IMG/VR virus record: IMGVR_UViG_3300032298_001038
Coordinates: 32,001 to 96,000 of that record
Direction: 5' to 3' (one strand)
Length of the DNA stretch: 64,000 bases
DNA from: a virus
The notes under the pieces were generated by a model that worked only from the letters and a program-made list of their open reading frames with translations, did no database searches and was not told the DNA's origin. The position numbers were made by a program, and so were the translations under genes. The first letter of the stretch is position 1; the number at the start of each line of letters is the position of its first letter. Positions 1-9,103 of this stretch are shown here, piece after piece.

Positions 1-248
1 ACGAGAATAACCTGCGACGCGCCGAGCAGGGCAGTGACGGCCTTCGTTACGTTTTCAACTTGCGAGTGGTCCAGCCAGCCAACCAGCGCCAGCACGGCAA
101 TCAGGTTACTCGCGGCTGTAATAGCCATGGTCCAGAACTCGGGCGTCAGCCACTTATCAAGACCTTCCAACGCCGTGCCCTCGACCGCTTCGCCAAACGT
201 GCGCAACTCTTCGCGCACCGTGTTTACACTCTTTTTCGGTGTCGACAT
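1..248 (-). CDS. Partial membrane protein, holin-like (runs off window start)
   Basis: Not in ORF track. GGAGG-N4-ATG at 248, MSTPKKSV...LTPEFWTMAITAASNLIAVLALVGWL...; the xxEFW + TM helix pattern recalls small phage holins. Confidence 0.5.
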   Translation of the reverse strand, partial: MSTPKKSVNTVREELRTFGEAVEGTALEGLDKWLTPEFWTMAITAASNLIAVLALVGWLDHSQVENVTKAVTALLGASQVIL

Positions 249-258
249 AAAGCCTCCT

Positions 259-1587
259 TTAACGATTACCAAACATTGAAGGTACGATAGCATGCATCAT
301 TCCGCCCCACAACCCCATGTCTTGTAACTTTTCCTGTCCGGCAGGTGTTAAACCGGCTAGCGCAGATAAAGCCCGGCCAGCCATGTTTGCCGTGGCTAAA
401 CCGACACCGGCAGATGCGATACCGCGGATTACGTCTACAGGGCGAATAATCGGGGAGTTATGCGCAGTGCTGATGCCGGTCATTAAACCTGTCGTGGCAG
501 CAGCAAACTGGGGCGGCGTGTAGTTCTGAAAGTTATTGGTATACATGCCGCGCTGTACGTCGCCCCACGCAGCCTGATTAAACTGCGGCACGTTTACGAC
601 AGGCGCAAACAGGCTGGGCTGCCGTAACTGCGACGGAAACTGCTGGAAACTTTGTTTTACTTGTTCGGCGCTGCTTTTCTTAACCGCCGCCGGAAGAGGG
701 TCATAGCCCGGGATACCTACGGCGGGATCGGCTTCGCCCATACCGACCCAGTGCTGACGAACCCGGTCAACGTGCTCGCGCTGCGCCGGTAACAACTCTT
801 GCGGCCGATTAAAATTTGCGACTTGAATACCGCCAAGGAGCGTTTGATCGTCTGTCATCACGCCGTTGGTAAATGCTTTGCGGTCGCCTTTTGACAGGTT
901 ATCGACATCAAACATCGGCGCGTTGGGTCTGTTCGCTGGCGCGGTGAACATGCCGTTAAGCGGCTGGCCTTTCGCAGCAAGACGCGCGGCGGGCGTGTAT
1001 TTCGAGACGTCGGCGTCGTTGCGGGTGATAAGCCCCGACCAGAAACCCTTGCCAGTGCGCCGGCCGTTGGCGTAAGCGTTCATAGCGCCTAAACCAGCGC
1101 CGGCACCAAGGCCGAGCAGGCCGAGATTCTTGCGCAACTTGCCGCGAGAGACGTACCGCTCTGGAAACAGGTTTTCAGCCAGCGTGCCCGCACCGTAGCC
1201 GAGGCCGCCGAGCATCAGGCCGGACACAATCGCGTTCGAGAGCGGTGTTGGGCCGAGCAGGGCTTTGTTCGAAAAGTCCCACACATGGCTAAGGCCCGGA
1301 ATCGCGGCTTTCTTGATGATGATTTCTTTTTCAAGATCGGGCTTCTCGTTGATGTCGCGCAACCGAAAGCACTGCCCGTTATCGAGGTGGCCTAATTTGA
1401 CGGTGCGCGTGACGTTCGGGCGATAGCAGACCAGAACGTCTTCGTCGACTAGCCATGTAGCCGTGCTGCCGGCTAAATCACCGGTCATAGCCGCGATCTT
1501 GGTGTAGGCGTGAGCAATCTCCATCGCGCGCGGTAAAAGTTCTGCTACGCGCGCAGGAACGGCTTGCCATACAGAGATGTCGATCAT
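259..1587 (-). CDS. Putative virion protein with Gly-zipper segments and K-x-A motifs
   Basis: 442-aa ORF; GLMLGGLGYGAG and LGLLGLGAGAGLG segments; IIKKAA, AVKKSS motifs. Confidence 0.75.
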   Translation of the reverse strand: MIDISVWQAVPARVAELLPRAMEIAHAYTKIAAMTGDLAGSTATWLVDEDVLVCYRPNVTRTVKLGHLDNGQCFRLRDINEKPDLEKEIIIKKAAIPGLSHVWDFSNKALLGPTPLSNAIVSGLMLGGLGYGAGTLAENLFPERYVSRGKLRKNLGLLGLGAGAGLGAMNAYANGRRTGKGFWSGLITRNDADVSKYTPAARLAAKGQPLNGMFTAPANRPNAPMFDVDNLSKGDRKAFTNGVMTDDQTLLGGIQVANFNRPQELLPAQREHVDRVRQHWVGMGEADPAVGIPGYDPLPAAVKKSSAEQVKQSFQQFPSQLRQPSLFAPVVNVPQFNQAAWGDVQRGMYTNNFQNYTPPQFAAATTGLMTGISTAHNSPIIRPVDVIRGIASAGVGLATANMAGRALSALAGLTPAGQEKLQDMGLWGGMMHAIVPSMFGNR

Positions 1588-1602
1588 TATCCCGTATCCT
1601 CG

Positions 1603-1872
1603 CTATTTCGACCGGAAGCCGAATATGCCTTTAATAAACCGCACAGTGCCGCGCAGCAAAAGATACAGCCACGCGATAAAGCCGCTGATAGCAAAAAAAA
1701 CAATTGCCGGGACGCTCACGAATACCGGCCAGAGTTCCTTTAAGTTTACCTGACGCAGCGTTAACCACACACGCATCCACGGCGTACGATTCGGACTATC
1801 ATCGGGAATTGGCGGGATTACAGGCTGCGGGTCGGTCTTTTTGGGTTTTAACCAGCCGTCAATCCAACTCAT
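1603..1872 (-). CDS. Small membrane protein
   Basis: 89-aa ORF with one long hydrophobic segment; ATGA overlap with upstream gene. Confidence 0.65.
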   Translation of the reverse strand: MSWIDGWLKPKKTDPQPVIPPIPDDSPNRTPWMRVWLTLRQVNLKELWPVFVSVPAIVFFAISGFIAWLYLLLRGTVRFIKGIFGFRSK

Positions 1873-3836
1873 TTCGGCCTCCCAAACACTGTGTTCATGA
1901 AACTATCGCCGTAGCGTCCAATGACTTGGTCGACCATCGGCTCTTCTTCCATTTCATTGTTCATGGCTTTCATGGCCAGTTGATACCGGTAGTTGGGATC
2001 AAGTGTCGCCATGTAGCGCTGCTGGTTGATTTTGGCGTTGCGCATGAAGTCGCCGCGCTGTTTCACCTGCATTAACTGCTCTTGGATGTTTTCGGCCACT
2101 GTTTTGTCGTAGTTGTATGTCAGCGGCCGGTTTAACCCGTAAGAGTTGTATAGCGCGGTGGCATATGCGCTCCGGGGCTGACGATATGCGGCTTTGACAG
2201 ACTCAGGGATCGCGGTTGGCTCGACGTGGAACCGGAACTTCGTCGGCTTGTGCGTAATTCCCTTGTGGTACGGCTTCGGGTCGTCTACGTGCCAGTCTTT
2301 AGGCGCTTTAGCCATGAGCCGCCGCAAGATTTCAGTTTTGTGCGCGTACCTTTTGTTATCTGAATGGTCTTTAGCCGCGCGGAGTTCGTCGAGAATGCGC
2401 GCTTGGGATTCCGCCTGCTTCTTTTGCTCTTCTTGCTCGTCTGGCTGCTGGGGGTTCGGTAACTGCTGCCCTGACGGCGGAAGTGCGGGCGGAGGAACAA
2501 CACCGAAAGCCACGTCGTTTGTTACCGGCGGAGGCATTTCGGGCGGCGCAGTCAGGTCTTCGGCTAGTTCTGGCGGCTTTGGCGGTTTGGGAACTGGCGG
2601 AAGTGCAGGATTGTTGGCTGCTTTTTCAATCGCTTCTACTTTTTTGTAGTAGGACGCGTCTTCTTGCAGATGATCTTTGGCAATTTCTTTGGCGACTTGA
2701 CCATTGTTTGTGTGTTCGTGCTCATGCTGCGCTCCTGCGGCTAATGCTTTCTGAGAAATTTCCCGATCGGGAACATTGTCGGCTTTTCCACCCGGTAACA
2801 GGTCTTTTTGTCCCGAGCGGGAAAGTTTTGTTCCCGTACGGGCAAATTTTGCGGCTTTCTTTAACGCCGGCGCCAATAATGCTTTAATGTCTGGCCCCAT
2901 ATAGTCGGCGCCTTCGGGCAGTCCATGCGAAAGCGTGACCACAGCGTCAGAACCAACACTAGCGTTAAAGTTTCCGGGTTTGAGTTTGTGCTTGGGCAGT
3001 TCCAGATAATGCTCGTGCTGCCATCCTTCGCGCGGATCGTTACCTAAAGCGCGGAAAGCGGTTGGTTTGATTTTCACGCCGAGTTCTTCGAATAACTCAC
3101 GCGCAGCAGCCTGTTCTGGTGTTTCGCCCGTTTCGATACCGCCACCGATAAATCGCCGTTTGCCGATGTTTTCCGGCCACTTCGAGTTATTGAGCGTTTC
3201 CATCAAATACTGGTCTTTGTACGGCACGACGACGCGCACACGGGGCTGCGGGCTTTTAGCGGCGGCGGCTTTGCGCACACTATTGGCCTGCAACACGCTT
3301 TTCCGGCGCACGGCAACAGTAATGTGGAACGGGTGGCCATTTACGAACGGCTGCAACCCGTAACTCTTGCGAATAGCCGACAACATGGGCGACGAGACTT
3401 GCAGCGCCCATAACTTGCTGACGCCGTCGACATTCCGGGGGGTGATCTCTTTCAGGTGGCCGAGGGAGTAGCCAACCATGTGCCCGCGTTCGTTGATATT
3501 CTCCGGGCCGATCTTTTTGACTTCATCGGCAGTCATGACGGAGATATGCGCGTTCAAGACGTCGCTGGCTACGTTGGGCACGTTCATGGTGCCTGCCAGC
3601 GGAAGTTCGGCCCCGGGGGCAGTCATCGCGTCGTAGATGCCCCGGACAAGCGCGTTCGGGACGGAGAGAAGAAGCCAGCCGCTTTTGGCGACATACAGCC
3701 GGCCGGCGAGGGCGTGGCTGGTGGCGGCTTGTTTTTCATTACGCGCAAGCCAGCCGACAGCGTTGCCGATGCTGTATTCGCGTTGGGAGTTCAGCGGCTC
3801 GCGCCATGAACCGTCAAGAATAGAAAAGCCGTCCAT
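1869..3836 (-). CDS. Multidomain protein: 2H phosphoesterase + NUDIX hydrolase + DUF5661-like
   Basis: Two HxS/T motifs (NAHISV, PFHITV); canonical Nudix box GGGIETGETPEQAAARELFEELG; EHEHT...AKEIAKDHLQEDASYY resembles DUF5661 (from memory). Confidence 0.85.
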   Translation of the reverse strand: MDGFSILDGSWREPLNSQREYSIGNAVGWLARNEKQAATSHALAGRLYVAKSGWLLLSVPNALVRGIYDAMTAPGAELPLAGTMNVPNVASDVLNAHISVMTADEVKKIGPENINERGHMVGYSLGHLKEITPRNVDGVSKLWALQVSSPMLSAIRKSYGLQPFVNGHPFHITVAVRRKSVLQANSVRKAAAAKSPQPRVRVVVPYKDQYLMETLNNSKWPENIGKRRFIGGGIETGETPEQAAARELFEELGVKIKPTAFRALGNDPREGWQHEHYLELPKHKLKPGNFNASVGSDAVVTLSHGLPEGADYMGPDIKALLAPALKKAAKFARTGTKLSRSGQKDLLPGGKADNVPDREISQKALAAGAQHEHEHTNNGQVAKEIAKDHLQEDASYYKKVEAIEKAANNPALPPVPKPPKPPELAEDLTAPPEMPPPVTNDVAFGVVPPPALPPSGQQLPNPQQPDEQEEQKKQAESQARILDELRAAKDHSDNKRYAHKTEILRRLMAKAPKDWHVDDPKPYHKGITHKPTKFRFHVEPTAIPESVKAAYRQPRSAYATALYNSYGLNRPLTYNYDKTVAENIQEQLMQVKQRGDFMRNAKINQQRYMATLDPNYRYQLAMKAMNNEMEEEPMVDQVIGRYGDSFMNTVFGRPK

Positions 3837-3852
3837 GGCAAACCCGTAACGA

Positions 3853-4053
3853 TTACTGACGGGTCATGACGGCTGTGGCGGCAGTTTTTTCAATACTCTG
3901 CCGGGTGTGTTCTGCGCCGTGAACATGGGCTGACAAAAACATCACCCAGCCGCATAGAAAAGTCATCACCCACGCCATGAGGCTCATCTGATTACGAATG
4001 TGTTGGTCGATCATCGTTGTTGGCATTGTCGTGAGGGCAGTGGAGTTCATCAC
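3853..4053 (-). CDS. Small membrane protein
   Basis: 66-aa ORF with one hydrophobic segment; true start uncertain (overlaps upstream gene). Confidence 0.45.
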   Translation of the reverse strand: MMNSTALTTMPTTMIDQHIRNQMSLMAWVMTFLCGWVMFLSAHVHGAEHTRQSIEKTAATAVMTRQ

Positions 4054-4372
4054 GGTCCCTTTCGTGATTGATGATGACTTTAATACCAGCGCCGGCCAGA
4101 AGCGAGATCAAAACGTCTGTGATCGTTGACCCGCCCATGCCTGCCAGCACGCAAATTCCTATTAATCCGTGAACGTTGGCGGCTTCTCGGTAGTTTTGAT
4201 ACCAAATCAGCGAAATGGCGAGGCCCAGAAAGCCCGAATTAAGCATAGCGCTGACAATGGCTAGTTTAGAAAGTTTGCGGCTAAAACGCAAAAGCGTCGC
4301 CAAGCCGGCAAACGCTGATACGCCAAAAGCCGCGGCAAATACGGATAAAGACACAATAGTCTCGTCGAACAT
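3992..4372 (-). CDS. Multi-pass membrane protein (possible holin)
   Basis: 126 aa, three to four hydrophobic helices, charged C-terminus. Confidence 0.6.
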   Translation of the reverse strand: MFDETIVSLSVFAAAFGVSAFAGLATLLRFSRKLSKLAIVSAMLNSGFLGLAISLIWYQNYREAANVHGLIGICVLAGMGGSTITDVLISLLAGAGIKVIINHERDRDELHCPHDNANNDDRPTHS

Positions 4373-4414
4373 GTTTTTAACTAATGTGCGTAGGCCGACT
4401 TACGTGTGAAATAT

Positions 4415-4646
4415 GGTGTGTACCGCAAGCCCCCGCGATCCCCTTTCCGCGGGTCCGACCCTGACCGAAATCAGGGCTTCACGGCAACTTTCGAGGGCAA
4501 GAAATTTCGCCCTGTGTGGTATTTGCCGCGCCTCCGATCGTGTTCACGACTAAACCTGACCACGAAACCATGTTGCGCTCGCTGCATCCCTGCATTGGCC
4601 GCAACCCTAACCGACCGACCACCACGGCCAACTTACGGTACACACC
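4415..4646 (-). ncRNA. Candidate ~232-nt structured ncRNA of unknown family
   Basis: 16-bp terminal stem GGTGTGTACCGTAAGT/GCTTGCGGTACACACC (two G-U pairs only on minus strand) enclosing at least five hairpins; fills a 357-bp gap between convincing genes. Confidence 0.6.
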
Positions 4647-4655
4647 AATTTTACA

Positions 4656-4692
4656 AAATCGCAGTGCGGCGACGGAAATGCCGCTGCGATTT
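4656..4692 (-). terminator. Hairpin, possible terminator or processing site upstream of the candidate ncRNA
   Basis: AAATCGCAG/CTGCGATTT 9-bp stem plus inner CGGC/GCCG; only a short T run follows. Confidence 0.4.
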
Positions 4693-4729
4693 CCGCCATA
4701 ATTTGCCAAAGAACAAAAAACTGCGGCTA

Positions 4730-5185
4730 TTAGATATAGCGTCGCGGTTCGTCGCTGCATAGGCCGGCTGGTTCGGCGCTGGCGAGCCAGTCCGGCGGCG
4801 CGGTTTCAGGCAGCATCGCAATGGACCGGTCGATAAGTTCGTGCGGCGGCAACGTCCAGATAAATTGCGCGCTGGTCAGCGACATAAAACTATCGCTATT
4901 CAGAAAACAATGCGCATTAATGTTGCAGAGCGCGTCGATCGTTTCGGCGTTGTGGGCGCGGCACCAAATGCGCTGTTTAGACAGCATTGCCGGCGGAGCC
5001 ACGTTATACCCGCCGTCAAACGGTAGTAAAAAACTACCTTTGTGGAATATCACATCAATGCAGACGTGCCAGCCTTCTTTCAGGGCTTTTTGAACATACG
5101 CGAGCGTATTTTCAAGTTCAGGCTGGCGGCCGTCGGTGTTCCCCAGATGCGAAATAATAATGCCACTAAAAGCCTGCTTACGCAT
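4730..5185 (-). CDS. Degenerate GDPD/PLC-like phosphodiesterase-fold protein
   Basis: SHLGNTDG..PELENT.AYV..AL..GWHVCIDV aligns with the HRGN..ENxPxYI..AL..GxDVEIDV pattern, with substitutions at catalytic positions. Confidence 0.65.
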   Translation of the reverse strand: MRKQAFSGIIISHLGNTDGRQPELENTLAYVQKALKEGWHVCIDVIFHKGSFLLPFDGGYNVAPPAMLSKQRIWCRAHNAETIDALCNINAHCFLNSDSFMSLTSAQFIWTLPPHELIDRSIAMLPETAPPDWLASAEPAGLCSDEPRRYI

Positions 5186-5284
5186 TGCGACATCCCTGTC
5201 TTAACAGTCAACGCAAGATGTATAAATGGAAACGCCCATCGTACCACTGGCAGATGGGCGCGTCCACGCGGTTAGAAAATTTTG

Positions 5285-6319
5285 TCAGAGCACTTTCGCA
5301 GCGATCAGACAGCCGCGCGCAACCGCGTGAAGCGGGTCACTCGCGTGGCGAACTTCCTTGATCGGCAACGGGAAACCGTTCTCGACAATTTTTTGCTCGA
5401 ACATCTTGACGAACCCTTGCGCCTGCGTCGTGCCGCCGGCGAGGGCGATGAGCAGCGGATTCTTGAACTTGGGCAGCAGTTTGTGCCCGCGCAGTGCGTT
5501 CGCGAGTTGCTTCGTCGTATAGTCGATGAGCCGTTCGTAGTACGCACTCACCGCCGCGAGCACAGGATTGTCGTTCTGCTCGCCAATCACAAACTCGCCG
5601 TTCTCTTTCTCGGCCTGCACAACGCTGTCAGGCTCGCCGGTGGCGATGCCCGCCATGCGATCGATCCAGTCGCCGGACTTGGTGGTGGAGAACGTGACAG
5701 TCGGCTCGCCGTTGAGCATGACGCAGCAGTTCACCATACCAGCGCCCCACGAGAGCGCGACACCGGTGTAGTCGTCGTTCTCCAACTCCGAGTAGCACAG
5801 CGCTTCAGCCTCGTTGATGGCGCGGGCGCTGTAGCCTTGGCCATGAAGCACGGTCTTCACCACGTCTTCGTGATAGCCAACGTCAAACTCGTCGTCTTCT
5901 TGATCGACGGGCTGCGCGGGGATGCAGAACACCAGTTTCTCGTCAGGCTCGCTGGCGGTGCCGCACACCTGCTGAAGAATGTACGCCAGCACGCGCTTGG
6001 CTTCTTTTTCCTTGGGGCTAACTACGCCGCGGTACATCGGGCGCTTGGCAGAGTCATTGCGCTCGATCGCCTTCTCGATGGCGTCTTGGCCGAGAATGAT
6101 GAACGCGCCGTCGGCGTCCTTGACAAAAACTTTGCCTTGCAACCCCTTTTCGATCATCTTCGTCGCGACCGGAGTCGTGGGCTTGATAACAAAAAAAGCG
6201 TCACGGAAGTCTGTGTACTTCACGTAGCCAAACTTGTCGTCGCTCGTGTAACTCATCGGGGCTTCACCGTCGGAAGCCAAGACGATAAACGATGTACCGA
6301 CGTCTAAACCTTTCGCCAT
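5285..6319 (-). CDS. Actin-fold ATPase (MreB/ParM/Hsp70-like superfamily)
   Basis: GLDVGTS (phosphate-1), INEAEA (connect-1), SWGAGMVN (phosphate-2), LAGGTT (adenosine) motifs; 344 aa. Confidence 0.85.
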   Translation of the reverse strand: MAKGLDVGTSFIVLASDGEAPMSYTSDDKFGYVKYTDFRDAFFVIKPTTPVATKMIEKGLQGKVFVKDADGAFIILGQDAIEKAIERNDSAKRPMYRGVVSPKEKEAKRVLAYILQQVCGTASEPDEKLVFCIPAQPVDQEDDEFDVGYHEDVVKTVLHGQGYSARAINEAEALCYSELENDDYTGVALSWGAGMVNCCVMLNGEPTVTFSTTKSGDWIDRMAGIATGEPDSVVQAEKENGEFVIGEQNDNPVLAAVSAYYERLIDYTTKQLANALRGHKLLPKFKNPLLIALAGGTTQAQGFVKMFEQKIVENGFPLPIKEVRHASDPLHAVARGCLIAAKVL

Positions 6320-6328
6320 ATTCTTCTC

Positions 6329-6472
6329 CTATTTCGTGTTCCACATGAGCGCGACGTTGGCGCAGCAATAACTAGCCCAGATAAAAAACCCGGGCGTGTT
6401 GCCTTTGTATCCCTGCTCGACTGCGACATACGCGTAAATAATCGCGACAAAGAACAGTAACGGGACGCTCAT
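6329..6472 (-). CDS. 47-aa membrane protein
   Basis: Not in track; MSVPLLFFVAIIYAYVAVEQGYKGNTPGFFIWASYCCANVALMWNTK*, ATGA-coupled to upstream ORF. Confidence 0.65.
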   Translation of the reverse strand: MSVPLLFFVAIIYAYVAVEQGYKGNTPGFFIWASYCCANVALMWNTK

Positions 6473-6579
6473 TTCTGCTTCAGTTTCTTTTCAAGTTTCT
6501 GAATGTACTTTGCCTGCTCTTTGAGTTTGCGACAGGCTTTTTTGACTTTCTTTTTCGACCATTTGTCCCAGAAACTCAT
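6469..6579 (-). CDS. 36-aa basic peptide
   Basis: Not in track; MSFWDKWSKKKVKKACRKLKEQAKYIQKLEKKLKQK*, TGATG and ATGA overlaps with neighbours. Confidence 0.55.
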   Translation of the reverse strand: MSFWDKWSKKKVKKACRKLKEQAKYIQKLEKKLKQK

Positions 6580-6953
6580 CACTTCCCCTTGAGTTGTGCC
6601 AGCCGAGAAACCGACTCGTTAATTTTGTCTTGTTTCGCGGTCGTCGTGCCGAGTTCTACTTCGGAGCCTTTTTGGATGTCTTTCGTGCTGATTTCTGTGA
6701 CGACCGTGCGCGTGTCGATGTCGATTTTTTCGGCGACGGCTTGCGCTTGGGTTTCGCTGGCGGGGCGCTTGGCGGTTCGTTCCATTCTTTGCGCGAAAAA
6801 TCCAGTGGCTTGGGGGAGTTGACTTGCTCCTTCGTGCCACTCTCGGAGCCGAACGTAAATATAGTCAAGGCGCGCACATAGATAACCAGCAAAAACGCCA
6901 GCGATAATGCCACCAATAAAGAATGCATACGTAGTCATAACTCCTCCGCGCAA
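6579..6953 (-). CDS. Hypothetical protein with N-terminal TM helix
   Basis: 124-aa ORF in a tightly packed operon. Confidence 0.7.
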   Translation of the reverse strand: MRGGVMTTYAFFIGGIIAGVFAGYLCARLDYIYVRLREWHEGASQLPQATGFFAQRMERTAKRPASETQAQAVAEKIDIDTRTVVTEISTKDIQKGSEVELGTTTAKQDKINESVSRLAQLKGK

Positions 6954-6967
6954 AACTAAAGTATACC

Positions 6968-7228
6968 TTAAGTTTCGTGCGTTTTAAGTCGCTCTTGCTG
7001 TTGTTCGTCGTACCGCAGAATTTCTTGCGCATCAAATACGTCTGGCGCGCACTGGGCCGCGGCATAGATATCATAAGGCCGCGGATAGTGTTTTAACAAC
7101 CACAGCGCCTCACGCCGGACAGCCTTGGGAATGCGCTTGATGCCGTTTTCGTTGTACGGGCTGATTAACCGCACCAGAAAGTCGTGCACGCTGACGACTG
7201 CGCGCGTGCGTTCATTGGGAAGTGTCAT
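6968..7228 (-). CDS. Conserved small phage protein (BPSL0761-like)
   Basis: MTLPNERTRAV...VRREA..LLKHYP pattern (from memory). Confidence 0.65.
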   Translation of the reverse strand: MTLPNERTRAVVSVHDFLVRLISPYNENGIKRIPKAVRREALWLLKHYPRPYDIYAAAQCAPDVFDAQEILRYDEQQQERLKTHET

Positions 7229-7237
7229 GAGCGTGGC

Positions 7238-7723
7238 CTAAAATTCGATGGTGCCGCCGTTGAAGGTATAAGACACGCCAAGGCGCTCGTCTAGTAATTC
7301 GATCTGCACGCCGGATTCGCGCAGCATCTGGTCTGCCGCAGCAATAGACTCAGCCCAGCGTCCATTGGCTTGCGACCGCGGGACCGTGTGGCCAACAACG
7401 CGAGTAATGCCCGCCAGAATAATCGCGCGAGCACAGTCGGCGCAGGCAAACCACGGGCAGTACAGCGTGGCGTTGTGCGTCCTGATTCCTGCCTTGGCGG
7501 CAGCAAAGATTGCGCCCCGTTCTGCGTGCTCAACGAACTGGTACTTCGCCGGGCGTGCCAGTCGGGCTTCGCTGACAACCACTTCGGGTGGCAGGCGGTT
7601 CGCGGCCACAACGATTTCACCAGACGCGGCCCGAAGAAGCGCGCCATTTTGCGTGTGCGGGTCTTGGCTCTCCATCTGCCCAACTTTGCAGGCTTCGCGG
7701 AGGTAGATAGCGTCGTGCGTCAT
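7238..7723 (-). CDS. dCMP deaminase (ComEB/T4 cd family)
   Basis: HAERGAI...PWFACADCARAII Zn-deaminase motifs. Confidence 0.9.
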   Translation of the reverse strand: MTHDAIYLREACKVGQMESQDPHTQNGALLRAASGEIVVAANRLPPEVVVSEARLARPAKYQFVEHAERGAIFAAAKAGIRTHNATLYCPWFACADCARAIILAGITRVVGHTVPRSQANGRWAESIAAADQMLRESGVQIELLDERLGVSYTFNGGTIEF

Positions 7724-7980
7724 GCGTGCCAGTTGCCCATGTACTTAACAGCGATATACGTCCCGATAAACGCGCCGCAGGCCAACGGGATCAAGTACCA
7801 TGGGTTGTGCAGGTAACTCATCACGCCGTACGCGCCCAGACTGTACAGCGCGGCGCTGATGGCGCTGGCACGCCACGCTTGCTGCCGGCTGACACACAGC
7901 ACGTACAACGCATAGAGAATGTCAAAAAAGACATAGACGACAAATACCGTCGCCGCTGTGGACCAGTTAAATTCTTCCAT
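7720..7980 (-). CDS. Small multi-pass membrane protein
   Basis: 86 aa, three hydrophobic helices, ATGA overlap. Confidence 0.7.
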   Translation of the reverse strand: MEEFNWSTAATVFVVYVFFDILYALYVLCVSRQQAWRASAISAALYSLGAYGVMSYLHNPWYLIPLACGAFIGTYIAVKYMGNWHA

Positions 7981-7982
7981 GA

Positions 7983-8459
7983 CTACAACTGCTCCTCTGC
8001 GTCAAAGTGTGTGTTCAAAGCGTCAGCGAATCGGTCGGAAATCTCCCATATCTCATCACCTTCCGCCTCTTCGCCAACTTCGACTTTGTTGCGCCGCACG
8101 ACGACTTCGTACGCACAGAAGTATGGGTAGACGTCGACGTAAAGCCGCTGGCACCCGTTGGCTTCGGTCAACATGCTCGGCTCTTCTTCAATCTCTTCCC
8201 ACGTCATATCGTCCGGCGGAAGCATAAAAGAAAATTGCACGTGCCATGGCGTGGCGTTGTCGGTGTCGACGTACACGGGCGTCAAACCCACCTCTTCGGT
8301 CAGCACGTCGAGCCAGCCGAACAAATCCTGCATAAAGCAGTCATGCGAACTTTCGTACCACGGTAAACCGGCGCGGTTACCTGTGTCGCCGTTCACGTCG
8401 GCGTACTGCACGGACTCAATCGTCTGCCAGATGTGTTCCATCAAACGCGCGTACGCCAC
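7983..8459 (-). CDS. Acidic hypothetical protein
   Basis: 158-aa ORF, GGAGG RBS. Confidence 0.7.
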   Translation of the reverse strand: MAYARLMEHIWQTIESVQYADVNGDTGNRAGLPWYESSHDCFMQDLFGWLDVLTEEVGLTPVYVDTDNATPWHVQFSFMLPPDDMTWEEIEEEPSMLTEANGCQRLYVDVYPYFCAYEVVVRRNKVEVGEEAEGDEIWEISDRFADALNTHFDAEEQL

Positions 8460-8474
8460 AGTTGTCCTCCCTAT

Positions 8475-8792
8475 TTAATTATCCCGGTCATGTTCAAAGA
8501 TTTTGCCGCCAGTGGCGAGTAACGCCATTGCCAGCAAACCGCCAAGAACAGCGCCAACGTAACCGACTACATGCGCGACTAGCCACAGCGCGTACTGAGT
8601 CTTCGGCCACATTGCAGGATTAAGAAAATAGGGCCAGATGTGCCACGCGGTAAAACCACCAAACCACAGCACACCGATGTGTATCCATAGCCGCGACCAT
8701 TCCGCGCTAACGCGCTGCTGCTCCTGCTCGTCGAGCATAGCCAGCCGGGCACGTTCTTCTGTTTCCAGTTCGCGGGACGTTTGCGGCATCAT
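8475..8792 (-). CDS. Membrane protein
   Basis: 105 aa, two TM helices. Confidence 0.7.
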   Translation of the reverse strand: MMPQTSRELETEERARLAMLDEQEQQRVSAEWSRLWIHIGVLWFGGFTAWHIWPYFLNPAMWPKTQYALWLVAHVVGYVGAVLGGLLAMALLATGGKIFEHDRDN

Positions 8793-8797
8793 GCCAC

Positions 8798-9103
8798 CTA
8801 GACAATCGCGCCGGCTTGGATCATGCCGGAAAAGATATCAAAAGCCTTCTTGCAGCGCAGGTCGTGCAGTTCGCGCAGGCCGATCAGGGCGTTTGCCACG
8901 CGCTCACGATCCGTAGATTCGTCGGTCAAGGCGTCCAGCACGATATCGAGATCGTCGACGACGTTGCCGCAGGCAATAATCGCTTGTTCAAGGTCAAAGC
9001 GGTCCATCGTAGTGCTCCTGTCGATTTCGGTGAGAACTTGGGCTAATTCAGCCAATTCGCGTTGCATAGCAAGCCCCGTCGTCGCGGCGGATTGAGTAAC
9101 CAC
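8798..9103 (-). CDS. Helical hypothetical protein
   Basis: 101-aa ORF; start may be ATG at 9067. Confidence 0.65.
   Translation of the reverse strand: MVTQSAATTGLAMQRELAELAQVLTEIDRSTTMDRFDLEQAIIACGNVVDDLDIVLDALTDESTDRERVANALIGLRELHDLRCKKAFDIFSGMIQAGAIV

Noticed and set aside
4406-4762. 118-aa (+) and 93-aa (-) ORFs over the structured region
   Set aside because: No RBS or recognisable motifs, and the plus ORF opposes the window-wide strand; extensive base pairing explains the sequence better.
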